A stretch of 64,000 nucleotides of DNA from contig JBBRLQ010000027.1 of NCBI GenBank assembly GCA_038231275.1, positions 32,001-96,000 of the forward strand, read 5' to 3'. Under the pieces are notes generated by a model. It saw only the letters and a program-made list of their open reading frames with translations. It ran no database searches and was not told where the DNA came from. Origin of the DNA: Polyangiales bacterium. GTDB lineage: Bacteria > Myxococcota_A > Polyangia > Polyangiales > Polyangiaceae. Made by a program: the position numbers and the translations under genes. How positions within the stretch are numbered: the stretch's first letter is position 1; each line of letters begins with the position of its first letter. Shown here piece after piece: positions 20,107 through 29,982 of this stretch.

Positions 20107-20249
20107 GCCTCCTTGCCCGGGGCGTCGCGCGGCGCCGAGCACAACTGGAAAAGGCGTGACGGCGCGAGCCCGCCCCTTCCGTGCGCTCCGTCGCGCCGGC
20201 GCGACTTTTCCGGCTCCGAGGCGCGGCGCGGCGCCCCGGGCAAGGAGGC
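20107..20249. repeat. 143-bp imperfect palindrome between convergent genes
   Basis: Outer arms gcctccttgcccggggcg..cgccccgggcaaggaggc (about 30 bp, 2 mismatches); inner arms ggaaaag..cggcgcga / tcgcgccg..cttttcc. Confidence 0.75.
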
Positions 20250-20257
20250 GTGCGTGC

Positions 20258-21226
20258 CTAGTGCTCGCCGTTCATGGCAAGCCAGCGCTCCGCCTCGAGC
20301 GCCGCCATGCAGCCGGTCCCCGCCGCGGTTACTGCCTGGCGGTACGTGAAGTCCTGCACGTCGCCGCACGCGAACACGCCGACCTTGCTCGTCTGCGTCG
20401 TCCCCGGCTTCACCTTGATGTAGCCGTTGTCGTGCAAGTCGAGCACGCCCGTGAAGAGGTCCGTGTTCGGCGTGTGCCCGATCGCGACGAAGAACCCGGT
20501 GATCGGGACCACCATGGTCTCGTTCGTCTTCATGTTCTTCACGCGCGCGCCCGTCACCGCCTGCTTCGACACGTCGAGGATCTCCTCGATCACGGTGTTG
20601 TAGAGCACCTTCACCTTCGGGTTTTTCAGCACGCGATCCTGCATCGCCTTGCTCGCGCGGAACTCCTCGCGACGGTGCACGAGCGTCACCGACTTGCAGA
20701 TCCCCGACAGGTACATCGACTCTTCCATCGCCGTGTCACCGCCGCCGATGACCATCACGTCCTGGTTCTTGAAGAACGCGCCGTCGCACACCGCGCACGC
20801 CGAGACTCCGTAGTTCTGCAGCGCCTTCTCGCTCGGCAGCCCCAGCCACTTCGCCTGCGCGCCCGTCGCGATGACGATCGTCTCGCCGTAGTGATCGCTC
20901 TCGCCGTCGAGCCCGCTCGCCGTCACCTTGAACGGGCGCTTCGACAGATCCACCTTCACCACGTCCTCGGTCACCACCTCGACGCCCTGGTGGATGGACT
21001 GATCGCGGAACGCCTTCATGAGATCCGGCCCGGTGATCTTCGCGGGGAAGCCCGGGTAGTTCTCGACCTCGTTCGTGATCATGAGCTGCCCGCCGGGGAT
21101 GCCGCCTTTGGTCATGCCCTCGAACATCAACGGCTTCAGGTTCGCGCGCGCCGCGTAGATGCCGGCGGTGTGACCCGCGGGGCCCGAGCCGATGATGATG
21201 ACCTTGCGGGGGGTAGTGCTGCTCAT
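20258..21226 (-). CDS. trxB: Thioredoxin-disulfide reductase
   Basis: GSGPAG, GGQL, VENYPGF, CAVCDG redox motif, GGGDTAMEE, FACGD; start MSSTTPRK at 21226. Confidence 0.97.
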   Translation of the reverse strand: MSSTTPRKVIIIGSGPAGHTAGIYAARANLKPLMFEGMTKGGIPGGQLMITNEVENYPGFPAKITGPDLMKAFRDQSIHQGVEVVTEDVVKVDLSKRPFKVTASGLDGESDHYGETIVIATGAQAKWLGLPSEKALQNYGVSACAVCDGAFFKNQDVMVIGGGDTAMEESMYLSGICKSVTLVHRREEFRASKAMQDRVLKNPKVKVLYNTVIEEILDVSKQAVTGARVKNMKTNETMVVPITGFFVAIGHTPNTDLFTGVLDLHDNGYIKVKPGTTQTSKVGVFACGDVQDFTYRQAVTAAGTGCMAALEAERWLAMNGEH

Positions 21227-21260
21227 GCGTCCTTCCTTGTGCGAAACGAGCTCGAACGGC

Positions 21261-22958
21261 TCAGAAGCGGTACGCGACGCCGAAGTTGATGGTGTTGACG
21301 CTGTTCCAGATGGTGCCGAGGTTGACGGGCCAGTTCGTCCGGTACTTCTGCTTCCCGTCGGTGCACGTGTCCGGCTGGCTCGGCGACCCGGGGTTGTTCC
21401 CAGAAGGATTGCACGCAACGCCTGCGATGCCATTCATGCCGGGCGCGTTCCTGTCGTTGGCGCCTTGGTCCTGTTTGGCGAAGAAAATGTGGCCGTAGCC
21501 GAGCGAGAACTCGAGCGCGCTCTTGCTCTCCGAATTGCCGAGCTTGAGGCGGTAGGTGCCGCCGAGCGCGAAGCCGAAGCGCGCGGCGCCGGCGAAATCG
21601 ATGCTCTGGTACTGCTGATCTTGGCCGTTCGTCTCCGCGAAGACGCCGCCGCGAAGTGCGAGCTGATCCGGCAGCACGTTGTAGTCGCCGCCGAGGCGCA
21701 CGCCGAAGACGTCCTTGAAGTGCTTGGGCACGTCGGCGCTCGGCGGGAGCGTGCCGCCGGCGATGCCGTTGACGGGGATGACGCCGTCGCCGTTCGCGTT
21801 GCCGGGGAAGCGGATCTTGAACGAGTCGAGCGCGCTGTTGTTCGCCCACGTCAGATCGAGCTCGGCGTCCCACGCGTCTTGCGACATCGGATCGCGGCGG
21901 TGCGTCAACTTCGGCGTGGGCGGCGGCTCTTCTCCCTCGACCACCGGCGTCGCACGCAGCTTGTGGTAGCGGAAGCCGAGCTTGGCCTCCATGGGGATTG
22001 TCGCCTTGATGGTCGCGTTCTTCCCGCTGCCGCAGATGTTGGTGGACTGGCCGTAGCCGCAGTCGGCCGCCGACGTGTCGGTCCCCTTCACGCCGGCCGT
22101 GTCGCCCGACTGCACCGCCTTGGTGAAATAGTTCGAGTCGGTGACGACGTCGCCGGTCGCGTTGATCGGCGCGCTCCACTTGTACCAAGCGGCGATGTCG
22201 ATCGACGGCGTGGCGCTGTAAATCGCGCCGAGCGTGAAACCGGGGATGAAGAACTGCTTCACTTGAACGAGACCGCGGACATCGTTCTGATCGGGGCGCG
22301 TGCTGTCGGCGTTCAGCGCCATGCTGGAGTTCTGGAGGTGGAGGCTCGCGATGCCAAACTGGAAGCTCCCGCCGATGCGGAGGTTGTCGATCACCTCCCA
22401 GCCGACGGCGAGCGTCGGGTTGAACTGGAGACCGTCGGTCTTGAGGAGCAGGTAGCGCTGCGGCGCGGGGTTTGCGCCGTTCACGAACTCCGGCCATTTC
22501 TGGCGGCCGGCGGCGTTGGGGCCGAGCAGAGAGATCGCCAGGCCGAGGCGCTCGTTGACGCGGTACGCGAACGAGATCTGCGGGTTCAAGAACGGCGCGA
22601 TGTCGTTGCACACGCGCGGGAAGAGCGCGGACCTCGGATCGTTCGGATCGGACGAGAGGAGCCCCGACTCGAGCGTCGTGTCGCCGGCGGCGTACACGCG
22701 CGACATGCACGTGTGCTGCACGATCACGTTCACGTCGAGCGAGAGCTTCGTGTCCTGCCCGGCGAGCCCGGCCGGGTTGTAGTACGCGGCGTTCGGCGTA
22801 CTCGCGCGCGCGACCCACGCGCCGCCGCGCTGCATCTGTTCGGAGCCGCCTTCGCCGACCTCGAGGACGTTGGAGGCGCCGGCGCCGCGCGCGGCGAGCA
22901 CCCCCGCCGAGACGGTGGAAAGCACGAAGAGTGAGCGAAGGCGATTGGACAAAGCCAT
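21261..22958 (-). CDS. FadL/OmpP1-like outer-membrane transport protein
   Basis: Signal peptide, RGGAWVA..AAYYNPAGLA hatch motif, beta strands, C-terminal VAYRF. Confidence 0.8.
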   Translation of the reverse strand: MALSNRLRSLFVLSTVSAGVLAARGAGASNVLEVGEGGSEQMQRGGAWVARASTPNAAYYNPAGLAGQDTKLSLDVNVIVQHTCMSRVYAAGDTTLESGLLSSDPNDPRSALFPRVCNDIAPFLNPQISFAYRVNERLGLAISLLGPNAAGRQKWPEFVNGANPAPQRYLLLKTDGLQFNPTLAVGWEVIDNLRIGGSFQFGIASLHLQNSSMALNADSTRPDQNDVRGLVQVKQFFIPGFTLGAIYSATPSIDIAAWYKWSAPINATGDVVTDSNYFTKAVQSGDTAGVKGTDTSAADCGYGQSTNICGSGKNATIKATIPMEAKLGFRYHKLRATPVVEGEEPPPTPKLTHRRDPMSQDAWDAELDLTWANNSALDSFKIRFPGNANGDGVIPVNGIAGGTLPPSADVPKHFKDVFGVRLGGDYNVLPDQLALRGGVFAETNGQDQQYQSIDFAGAARFGFALGGTYRLKLGNSESKSALEFSLGYGHIFFAKQDQGANDRNAPGMNGIAGVACNPSGNNPGSPSQPDTCTDGKQKYRTNWPVNLGTIWNSVNTINFGVAYRF

Positions 22959-22990
22959 CTGGGTGGTCCCCGGAAACTGGTTAGTGGGAG

Positions 22991-24982
22991 CTAATCCTTG
23001 ATCGGCGTCGCCTTGAGCGAGGCGCGGCCTTCCTTCACGTAGACGGCGAACCTTACACGCTTGCAGCCGTGGCGTTGCATCAGCGCGTCGCGGTTCTTGC
23101 GCAGGGTCTGGGCGAATTTCTCGAAGGTGAGGCCCTCGGTCGGCTCGCCGCATTCGCGCTTCTTGCGGATGAAATCGTCGTAGACGCCGAGCCACTCCTC
23201 GGTTCCGTCCTCGGCGGCCCTGGCGCTCTCGCCGGTCGCGGCCGCGAGGACGTCCGCGGGAACTTGGCCGACCATCGTGGCCTCGTCCTCTTCGGCGGGC
23301 GTGTGCAGGCCGGGGACGCCCCCTTGAAGCGGCGACAGCGCGGCTTGCGTCGGCTCGTACGCGTCGGCGGGGTGCTGCTGGTGGTGCTGCGCGCCTGGCG
23401 ACGACGGAGGCCCGCCGAGCGCGGTCGTCTGCGCGAAGGGAGACGTCGCGGGCATGCCGGCGTTCGGGCGCGGCGGCGGGAACGGATTGGGACCTGCGTT
23501 GGGACCTGCGTTCGGGCGCGGCGGCGGACCCGGCGGACCCATGTGACCGCCGTGATGCTGCTGTTGTTGCTGCTGCATCTGGTGACCGAAATTTCCAGGA
23601 CCGTTCTGCGGCGGCCCTTGCGGGCGCATCTGGTGCGAGCCGGTGCCAGGGTTCGGCTGCGGCGGACCCGGCGGACGGAACGGGCTCGGCGGTGGGCCAC
23701 CCGGACCACCCGGGCTCATCTGCGGCGGAACGGAGCCGTCGGGCAACGGGAACGAGAACGCGCTCATCGCGGGCTGCGCGGGGACCGGTCCCAGGATGGA
23801 CTCCAAATCGGCGGGCTTTCGCGCCGCGCCGCCGCCCCGCTCCAGCACGCGCTCGATGCCCTGGTTCACGTCCTGCGCGATCGGGCGGTATCCGCCGCGA
23901 AAACGCGGGAGCTGGAAATAATCGAGCTCTCCCTTGCGAAGCTTCCTCGCCTGCGCCGCGAGCTCTCCCATGGGCAGCGAGTGCTCCAGGAACGAGAAGA
24001 GGATGCCGAGCGTCGCGCCGAGGAGGACGACGGCGGCGAGCACGAACCAGTTGACGCTCTTCTTGTCGGTGTCGTCGGCGCCCGAGAGAAATCCGAGCGG
24101 CCCTTTGATGCTGACGCGAGGACGCAAGACCGAGAAGCCCGCGCCGAGATCCCACGCGTCGCCGGGGAGGCGCGCGTACATGGCGCCGACGTCGGGCGAG
24201 AGCGCGTGCACGTCGCTGCGGCCCGAGTCCTTGTAGATCTTGTCGTCGACGAGCTTCGGCAGATCGGCCGCGAGGAGCTCGAACGCGGCGTCGTCGAATT
24301 TTTCACCGGAGCCTTCGTACGACGCCATCGCGACGCGCTGGTTGCCGGCATAAAAGGCGATGTTGGTGCGCGCGCGCTTCGCCAGATCCTTGGCGAACTG
24401 CGGATCGACGGCGCGGATCGCGACGATGGCGCCGACCGGCGGCTGCGTCGAGTCGTCCTCTACCGGGCGAGAGACCACGCGATAGATCTTGCCGCCCCAC
24501 ACCCAGGTGTCGTCGCGCAGGTAGCCATGCAGCGCATCGAAGACCGCGGGGTAGCCGCCGAGCTCGAACTCGCCGTTGCTGTTTACCTGCTCGAAGCCGA
24601 CCTGGGCGATGACCCGGCCATCGCGATCGACGGCGAAGATCGCGTCGGGTTTGTAGTCGACGAATTTGCCCTGGATGTCCCCGAGCGCCCTCTTCGCGTC
24701 GTCGCGCGCCTTCTGCGGGATCTTGTCGGTGTCTTTGCCGTTGGCGGCGCCGAGCGACGCGCGCACGGTGGGATCGACGCTGCCGGGCAGGAGCAAATCG
24801 AGCCGCCTGCGCGCATCGATCTGGAGCGCCCAGCCGACGGTCTGGCTGTCCGACGCGAGGCCTTCGTTCATCGCCACGCCGTTGCGCCGGTTGTACTGCC
24901 CGACGGCCACGTACACGGCGTAGAGCGACACGCCGAGCAAGATGCTGATGAGCACGTACCAGAAGCGCGACAGGAGCATCAT
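22991..24982 (-). CDS. MXAN_5187-family membrane protein (periplasmic Cache-like region, HAMP-like segment, Pro/Gln linker, conserved C-terminal domain)
   Basis: Two TM helices; C-terminal VYDDFIRKKRECGE..FAVYVKEGRASLKA motif. Confidence 0.8.
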   Translation of the reverse strand: MMLLSRFWYVLISILLGVSLYAVYVAVGQYNRRNGVAMNEGLASDSQTVGWALQIDARRRLDLLLPGSVDPTVRASLGAANGKDTDKIPQKARDDAKRALGDIQGKFVDYKPDAIFAVDRDGRVIAQVGFEQVNSNGEFELGGYPAVFDALHGYLRDDTWVWGGKIYRVVSRPVEDDSTQPPVGAIVAIRAVDPQFAKDLAKRARTNIAFYAGNQRVAMASYEGSGEKFDDAAFELLAADLPKLVDDKIYKDSGRSDVHALSPDVGAMYARLPGDAWDLGAGFSVLRPRVSIKGPLGFLSGADDTDKKSVNWFVLAAVVLLGATLGILFSFLEHSLPMGELAAQARKLRKGELDYFQLPRFRGGYRPIAQDVNQGIERVLERGGGAARKPADLESILGPVPAQPAMSAFSFPLPDGSVPPQMSPGGPGGPPPSPFRPPGPPQPNPGTGSHQMRPQGPPQNGPGNFGHQMQQQQQQHHGGHMGPPGPPPRPNAGPNAGPNPFPPPRPNAGMPATSPFAQTTALGGPPSSPGAQHHQQHPADAYEPTQAALSPLQGGVPGLHTPAEEDEATMVGQVPADVLAAATGESARAAEDGTEEWLGVYDDFIRKKRECGEPTEGLTFEKFAQTLRKNRDALMQRHGCKRVRFAVYVKEGRASLKATPIKD

Positions 24983-25725
24983 TTCGGAGGTGCTCCCGGC
25001 GCGGGCGGGGCGGGTGCCTCCGCCAGGTTGAACGGGTCCTTCATCGTGAAGGGCCCCTTGTCCTTCACGGTCACGGCCGACGTCCCGACGAGCCGCCCGT
25101 TGAAGAACGCCTTCAGGACGTACTCGCCGGACGAGAGGTTCAGCTCGAACGCGCCGTCACGACCGGGGTACGCGATGTCGGCGACGAACTGATCGACGAG
25201 GATGAACGAGCGCAGGCTCGGGAAGAGCTCGTCGCGCACCTCGAACTTACCGCCGCCCGCGGGCAGCGAAAACTCGCGCTGCATGTTCGGGTTGATCGTC
25301 TCCGCGCGCCAGGTCTGGCTGTCCTTGATGTAGAGGCGGTGCGGGAACGGATCGAAGTTCTTGAACGCGAGGCGCGTGCCGTTCGAGATGGCGATCGTCG
25401 CCGGGACGGTTCGTCCCCCCGTGATCTTGATGAGGTGGGCCGGCTCGTGCGCGGGCTGCTGCTGCTGCGAGATCGCGGCGACGCAGATCTCGCGGAGCGG
25501 GTTGCCCGAGAGGACGCGGAACTCCGGCTTCACCGTCGGTGACGGCTCGCGCCAGGTGTACCGGTGCGCGTCGGGCTTCGCGGCCTCGGCGTAGACGTCC
25601 GGGACGAGCTTCTCCTGGCCGTTGATCCGACCGCGGACGGGACCGGCGAAGGCCGCGCCGGTGGCGACGAGGATCGCGAAGGCGAGGAGCGTGGAGCGTT
25701 GAATCGAGGGAAGGTGCCGAATCAT
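24979..25725 (-). CDS. Secreted hypothetical protein (cupredoxin/Ig-like beta fold possible)
   Basis: Signal peptide, GTRLAFKNFDPFPH motif; stop overlaps next start (ATGA); start could be 25734. Confidence 0.7.
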   Translation of the reverse strand: MIRHLPSIQRSTLLAFAILVATGAAFAGPVRGRINGQEKLVPDVYAEAAKPDAHRYTWREPSPTVKPEFRVLSGNPLREICVAAISQQQQPAHEPAHLIKITGGRTVPATIAISNGTRLAFKNFDPFPHRLYIKDSQTWRAETINPNMQREFSLPAGGGKFEVRDELFPSLRSFILVDQFVADIAYPGRDGAFELNLSSGEYVLKAFFNGRLVGTSAVTVKDKGPFTMKDPFNLAEAPAPPAPGAPPK

Positions 25726-25863
25726 GCATTTCATCCGCGCGACTTCGGCCCAAGACGGCAGAGTTGCGAAGCGGCGGCGCGAGGGGTCTTCTAACTTTGC
25801 GAGACTGCTTGCGAAGACAAACGGTACCCTTATGCCGCAACCGGTGTAAACGGCTTTGGAAGC

Positions 25864-27672
25864 ATGGCAGCCCGCGCCACGTCCCTGAACGCGCCCGAAG
25901 GCCCGGTTCGCCTGCTGCCGCGCGGCGATGGGCCTGCGCCGCTCGTATTTCGGCAGGGGGCGCGCGCCCCGTACGCCGTGCGCTGGTACGGCGTGACCTC
26001 CCTGTTCGGGCACTTTCGTAACTTCATCGCCCGCGCGATCGCCAGCGAATCGGTCGACTCGCGCGACTGGATGCGACCCCTCGAGGCCGACGAGATGCTC
26101 AAGCGCGCGGTTCGAGTCCTGGGAGGGGACCCGAACGCCACCTCTCTAGTAGAGGGGCTCGGGCGGCCCATGTGGCTCGACTTCGTCGCCGACACCGGGG
26201 ACGACCGAGACGTGAGCGCCGCGGTCGGGCGCCTCGTCGCCGCCACCTACACAGTGAAGGACGACGCCGGCGAAGAGCGCACGCTGCCCCGTGGCGAGGT
26301 CTTGCTCTTCGGCGGCGACACCGCGTACCCCGTCGCGACGGCGGAGGAGATCGATCGACGCCTCGTGCAGCCGTGGAACGAGGCGTTCGGCGAACCGGAC
26401 GAGACGCCGCGCCTACTCCTCGGCATCCCGGGGAACCACGACTGGTACGACGGCCTCGACGGCTTTGGTCGCTTGTTTCGTCGCGGGACCGGCGGCGGCG
26501 CCACGCATCACCCCAAGGAGGGATCGCGCCTGCTTCGCCGCCTGCGCCGCGGTGCGCGGACCCGCGAGGTCGGCCTCGCCGTGCGCGAGCTGCACCTCGA
26601 CGAGGTCGGGGGCTTCTTCCGCCTGCTCGCCAACACCGCCCGCAGCGTCCGCGCATTCTTCCGCGGCGTCGGCATCAAGCGAGCGAAGCGCCTCGAGCTC
26701 GCGGGGTACACGCCGGTGCAGGAGTCGAGCTACTGGGTGCTGCCGCTCGCGGCGGGCATCGATCTATGGGGCGTCGATCGTCAGCTCGGACGCCTCGACT
26801 ACCGCCAGCGTCAGTTCTTCCGGCGACGAAAGCGCGAGACGCCCGAGCGCGCCAAGGTGTTCGTCGCGCCCGATCCGGCCGTCGGCTTCGGCGAGCCGTG
26901 GGATGCCGGCCAGCGCATGCTCGCCGGCTGCAAGATGTCCCTCGAGGACGAGCGGATGTTTTACCTCACGGGGGATTTGCACCACTACGAGCGCCGCGAG
27001 GTCGGCAAGTCGCTCCACGTGATCGCCGGCGGCGGCGGCGCGTTCTTGCACGGCACCCGCATCAGCCCAGCGCCGATGGGCCCGGCGAAATGCATGTACC
27101 CTACATCTTCCATGACGCAGAAGCTGACGGCGCAGGTCCCGCTGTCGCTGATGCTCGGGCGCGGCGGCTTCCTCACGCACATCGCGCTCGCGCTGGTGGC
27201 GTCGCTGGAGCTCGGCGCCGCTCTCGAAGGCGACGCGGCGCTGGTGGGCACGGCGGTGCTGGTGACGATCGCGATGAGCGTCGCCTTCTACCTCATCGCG
27301 GGGCACCAGCGCGCGCACCCGCGCACGATCGCAGCGGCGAGCGTGCCGTTCGGTGCTGCGTTGGGGTTGGCGCCGATGCTGCTCAAGCTCGCGATCCCGA
27401 AGGTGGTGCCGACGCTCGCGGGCGACACGGCGGTGATGGTGGCGTACGCGTTCTTGGGGACGTTCGTGTTCGGCGTCTTCCTGGCGTCGGTGGCGGTGGC
27501 GGGGCTCGAGCAACAGCAGGCGTTCGCGGCGCTGAGTCATCCGGGGTTCAAGCACTTCGTGAGGTTCTGCGTGCATCCGGGGGGGCGGATGGAGGCGTGG
27601 GTGATTGGGAAGGATGATCCGCTGGCGAAGGCGGACGCGACGCTGATCGACCGATTCGAGTGGGGGCCGTAA
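25864..27672 (+). CDS. Calcineurin-like metallophosphoesterase with C-terminal membrane segment
   Basis: DFVADTGD, GGDTAYP, PGNHDWYDG, GDLHHY, AGGGGAFLH motifs; four to five TM helices. Confidence 0.85.
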   Translation: MAARATSLNAPEGPVRLLPRGDGPAPLVFRQGARAPYAVRWYGVTSLFGHFRNFIARAIASESVDSRDWMRPLEADEMLKRAVRVLGGDPNATSLVEGLGRPMWLDFVADTGDDRDVSAAVGRLVAATYTVKDDAGEERTLPRGEVLLFGGDTAYPVATAEEIDRRLVQPWNEAFGEPDETPRLLLGIPGNHDWYDGLDGFGRLFRRGTGGGATHHPKEGSRLLRRLRRGARTREVGLAVRELHLDEVGGFFRLLANTARSVRAFFRGVGIKRAKRLELAGYTPVQESSYWVLPLAAGIDLWGVDRQLGRLDYRQRQFFRRRKRETPERAKVFVAPDPAVGFGEPWDAGQRMLAGCKMSLEDERMFYLTGDLHHYERREVGKSLHVIAGGGGAFLHGTRISPAPMGPAKCMYPTSSMTQKLTAQVPLSLMLGRGGFLTHIALALVASLELGAALEGDAALVGTAVLVTIAMSVAFYLIAGHQRAHPRTIAAASVPFGAALGLAPMLLKLAIPKVVPTLAGDTAVMVAYAFLGTFVFGVFLASVAVAGLEQQQAFAALSHPGFKHFVRFCVHPGGRMEAWVIGKDDPLAKADATLIDRFEWGP

Positions 27673-27676
27673 CGCG

Positions 27677-27722
27677 GTCGTGGTCGCGGTTCGTGGTCGC
27701 GGTCGGGGTCGGGGTCGCCGTC
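27677..27722. repeat. Short degenerate GTCGNG hexamer tandem repeat
   Basis: gtcgtg gtcgcg gttcgtg gtcgcg gtcggg gtcggg gtcgcc gtc directly after the stop codon. Confidence 0.6.
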
Positions 27723-27839
27723 ACGGCATCCCCCCTGGTTGGTCGCTGGTCACCGTTTGCAGGATCTTCGCCGACCCACGCCCGACCTCCGCGCGTGTCC
27801 AGCCACACAGTATTGCTGGAACAATCCGCGCTTCTCCTT

Positions 27840-27856
27840 CTGGCATACTACGTGCA
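27840..27856 (+). promoter_or_regulatory. Sigma54 (-24/-12) promoter
   Basis: cTGGCAtactacgTGCA, exact GG-N10-GC spacing, upstream of the M64 peptidase gene. Confidence 0.6.
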
Positions 27857-27868
27857 CCTACATGTCGT

Positions 27869-29434
27869 ATGCCGCTTCGACCTCGGCTTCTTCTTCTAGC
27901 CCTGAGCACGAGCATTCTCGCTCCCCTCGCCTGCTCGTCTGCCGCGCCCGCGACCGCTTCCGCGGAGATTGTCCGCGTCGACGCGCTCCTCAGTGGTCGG
28001 CGCGCGACGCTTTTGCGTGCTCGTACGACACGCGAGGTTCGGCCGCTCGCGCCTGGCGCGCCCGCCGGCGAGCCCGGCGTTCGTTGGGAACTGATCGACC
28101 CCACCGGAGCACGAATCGCCCGAGGCACCGGACCCGACGTCCACGCCGCGCGCTACGAGTTCGGCGAAGGAGAGCAAGTCGACCCGGTGGCCAATCCACG
28201 CAGCGCGGTCGGGACGATCTCGATCGAGATCCCCAACGTCGACGGGACGCTGCGCTTCTGGGACGCCGACGGCACCGCGGCAGGCGAGGTGCCGTTCCAC
28301 GCCCTCGGCGCGCCAGCACCTGGCGTGAGCGAGTCGAGCCTCGTGAACTTGTCCACCGACGTCCTCGGCGCACCCGTCGCGCTGGTCGATCACGGGGACG
28401 CGCGAAGCCACGTGAACTTCCTCTTCTTGCCCGAGGGGTACACGGAGGAGGAGTTGCCGCAGTTCCACGAGCAGGCCGCGCGGTTCGCGAGCGGGCTCTC
28501 GCAGATCGCGGGCTACTCCGATCATTGGGACGAGGTGAACGTCTATTACCAGGACGTCCGCTCCAAGAGCTCCGGCATCGCCGATCCGACGCGACCGGAC
28601 GCGACGAGGAGCACCGCGTTCGAGGCCACCTTCGGCGACGGCGTCAGCTCGCCGCAGCGGTGCATCCTCCCGTCGCACCGCGTGAGCGCCGCGGCCATCG
28701 CGAGCGCGCACGCGATCGCGCGGAAGGTCGCCGCCGATCAAATCGTGATCGTCGCCAATACGAGCGTATACGGCGGCTGCGCGATTCCCGCCGATCGCAT
28801 CGCGGTCATCTCCGCGAACGACGCGGCCATCCGCATCGTGGCGCACGAGGTCGGCCATTCGCTCTTCAAGCTTGCCGACGAGTACGCCTACAACCCGCCC
28901 ACCTGCGATGTTGCGCGCTGGAAGAAGGGGACCGCGAACGTGTCGAGCGACCTCGCCGCGTTGCCCTGGCAGGACCTGATCCCGGACGGCACGACGCTCC
29001 CGAGCGAACCGAACGACTCGGCGACGCCCATCGGCGCGTTCGAAGGGGCCGGATACTGTGCGACCGGCGCGTATCGACCGTCCGACAAGTGCATGATGAA
29101 CCTCCTCGCGGACTCGTTCTGTCCCGTATGCAGGCGCGAAATCGATCGCTACTTCGCAAAGCGTACCGGGGCAGGCCCCATCAACGACGTGCGCGTGCGC
29201 AACGCGAGCGGCGCAGGGCTCTTCGTCGGCTGCGACGGCACGACGTCCGAGACGTGCTCGGAGCTCACGTACATCGCAGCAGGCAAGACCGCGCTGATTC
29301 ACACGCAGGACGGCTCGATGATCCTCGACAACCAGACGGTCCCCAACGCGCCGGTCGCCATGTCCTTCCAGCACGTCACCGCCGCCTCCGCGGACGTGAC
29401 GGTCGGCGCCGACGCGACCCATCCTCTTCGGTGA
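27869..29434 (+). CDS. M64 family (IgA peptidase-like) metallopeptidase lipoprotein
   Basis: FLPEGYT, AHEVGHSLFKLADEY, GAFEGAGY, YRPS..CMM..FCPVC; lipobox PLAC; start MPLRPRLL. Confidence 0.88.
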   Translation: MPLRPRLLLLALSTSILAPLACSSAAPATASAEIVRVDALLSGRRATLLRARTTREVRPLAPGAPAGEPGVRWELIDPTGARIARGTGPDVHAARYEFGEGEQVDPVANPRSAVGTISIEIPNVDGTLRFWDADGTAAGEVPFHALGAPAPGVSESSLVNLSTDVLGAPVALVDHGDARSHVNFLFLPEGYTEEELPQFHEQAARFASGLSQIAGYSDHWDEVNVYYQDVRSKSSGIADPTRPDATRSTAFEATFGDGVSSPQRCILPSHRVSAAAIASAHAIARKVAADQIVIVANTSVYGGCAIPADRIAVISANDAAIRIVAHEVGHSLFKLADEYAYNPPTCDVARWKKGTANVSSDLAALPWQDLIPDGTTLPSEPNDSATPIGAFEGAGYCATGAYRPSDKCMMNLLADSFCPVCRREIDRYFAKRTGAGPINDVRVRNASGAGLFVGCDGTTSETCSELTYIAAGKTALIHTQDGSMILDNQTVPNAPVAMSFQHVTAASADVTVGADATHPLR

Positions 29435-29473
29435 TGAGTGGAGCGAAGCGCAGCGGAGCGAAACGCTCTTGAG

Positions 29474-29845
29474 CTAGCGCGAAGCTGAGAGCTCCACGAC
29501 CACCGCGTCCACGCTGTGCGTCGTCGGGACCCTCACCTTCGACACCGACACCCTGATGTGCGTCGCCGGCGTCTCCGCGAGGAGCCGATCGAGCAAGAGG
29601 CGCGCGTACGTCTCCAGCAGTCGATGCGAACGCGCGGTTCCTTCTTCGACGACGAGGCGCGCGACCCAGTCGTAGTCGAAAACCTCGCGAACGTTGTCGC
29701 TCTGGGGCATCCGCTCGAACGGCAGCGTCACGTCGACGTCGACCGACACGTCTTGCGGAATGTCGCGCTCGGAGCGGGAGGCGCCCATCCTCGCGCGGAA
29801 ACGGACGCCACGGAGGGTGATGCGGTACGTCTTGGTCGGCTGCAC
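29474..29845 (-). CDS. folB: Dihydroneopterin aldolase
   Basis: ITLRGVRF..G...ER..PQ.VSVDV, D.V..VFDY, LLE, RVSVSK pattern; GTG start inferred. Confidence 0.8.
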   Translation of the reverse strand: MQPTKTYRITLRGVRFRARMGASRSERDIPQDVSVDVDVTLPFERMPQSDNVREVFDYDWVARLVVEEGTARSHRLLETYARLLLDRLLAETPATHIRVSVSKVRVPTTHSVDAVVVELSASR

Positions 29846-29861
29846 GATCGCGAGTCTACCC

Positions 29862-29978
<117 letters not shown>

Positions 29979-29982
29979 GCGC

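Noticed and set aside
20079..20257. Integron attC site after the orphan gene
   Set aside because: No RYYYAAC/GTTRRRY core sites at the palindrome ends and no integrase in the window
22959..24155. N-terminal extension of the FadL-like ORF
   Set aside because: It overlaps the MXAN_5187-family gene in another frame; the signal peptide starts at 22958
29439..29466. Short direct repeat ggagcgaa(g/a)cgc between convergent genes
   Set aside because: Only two copies of about 12 bp; too little to assign a role
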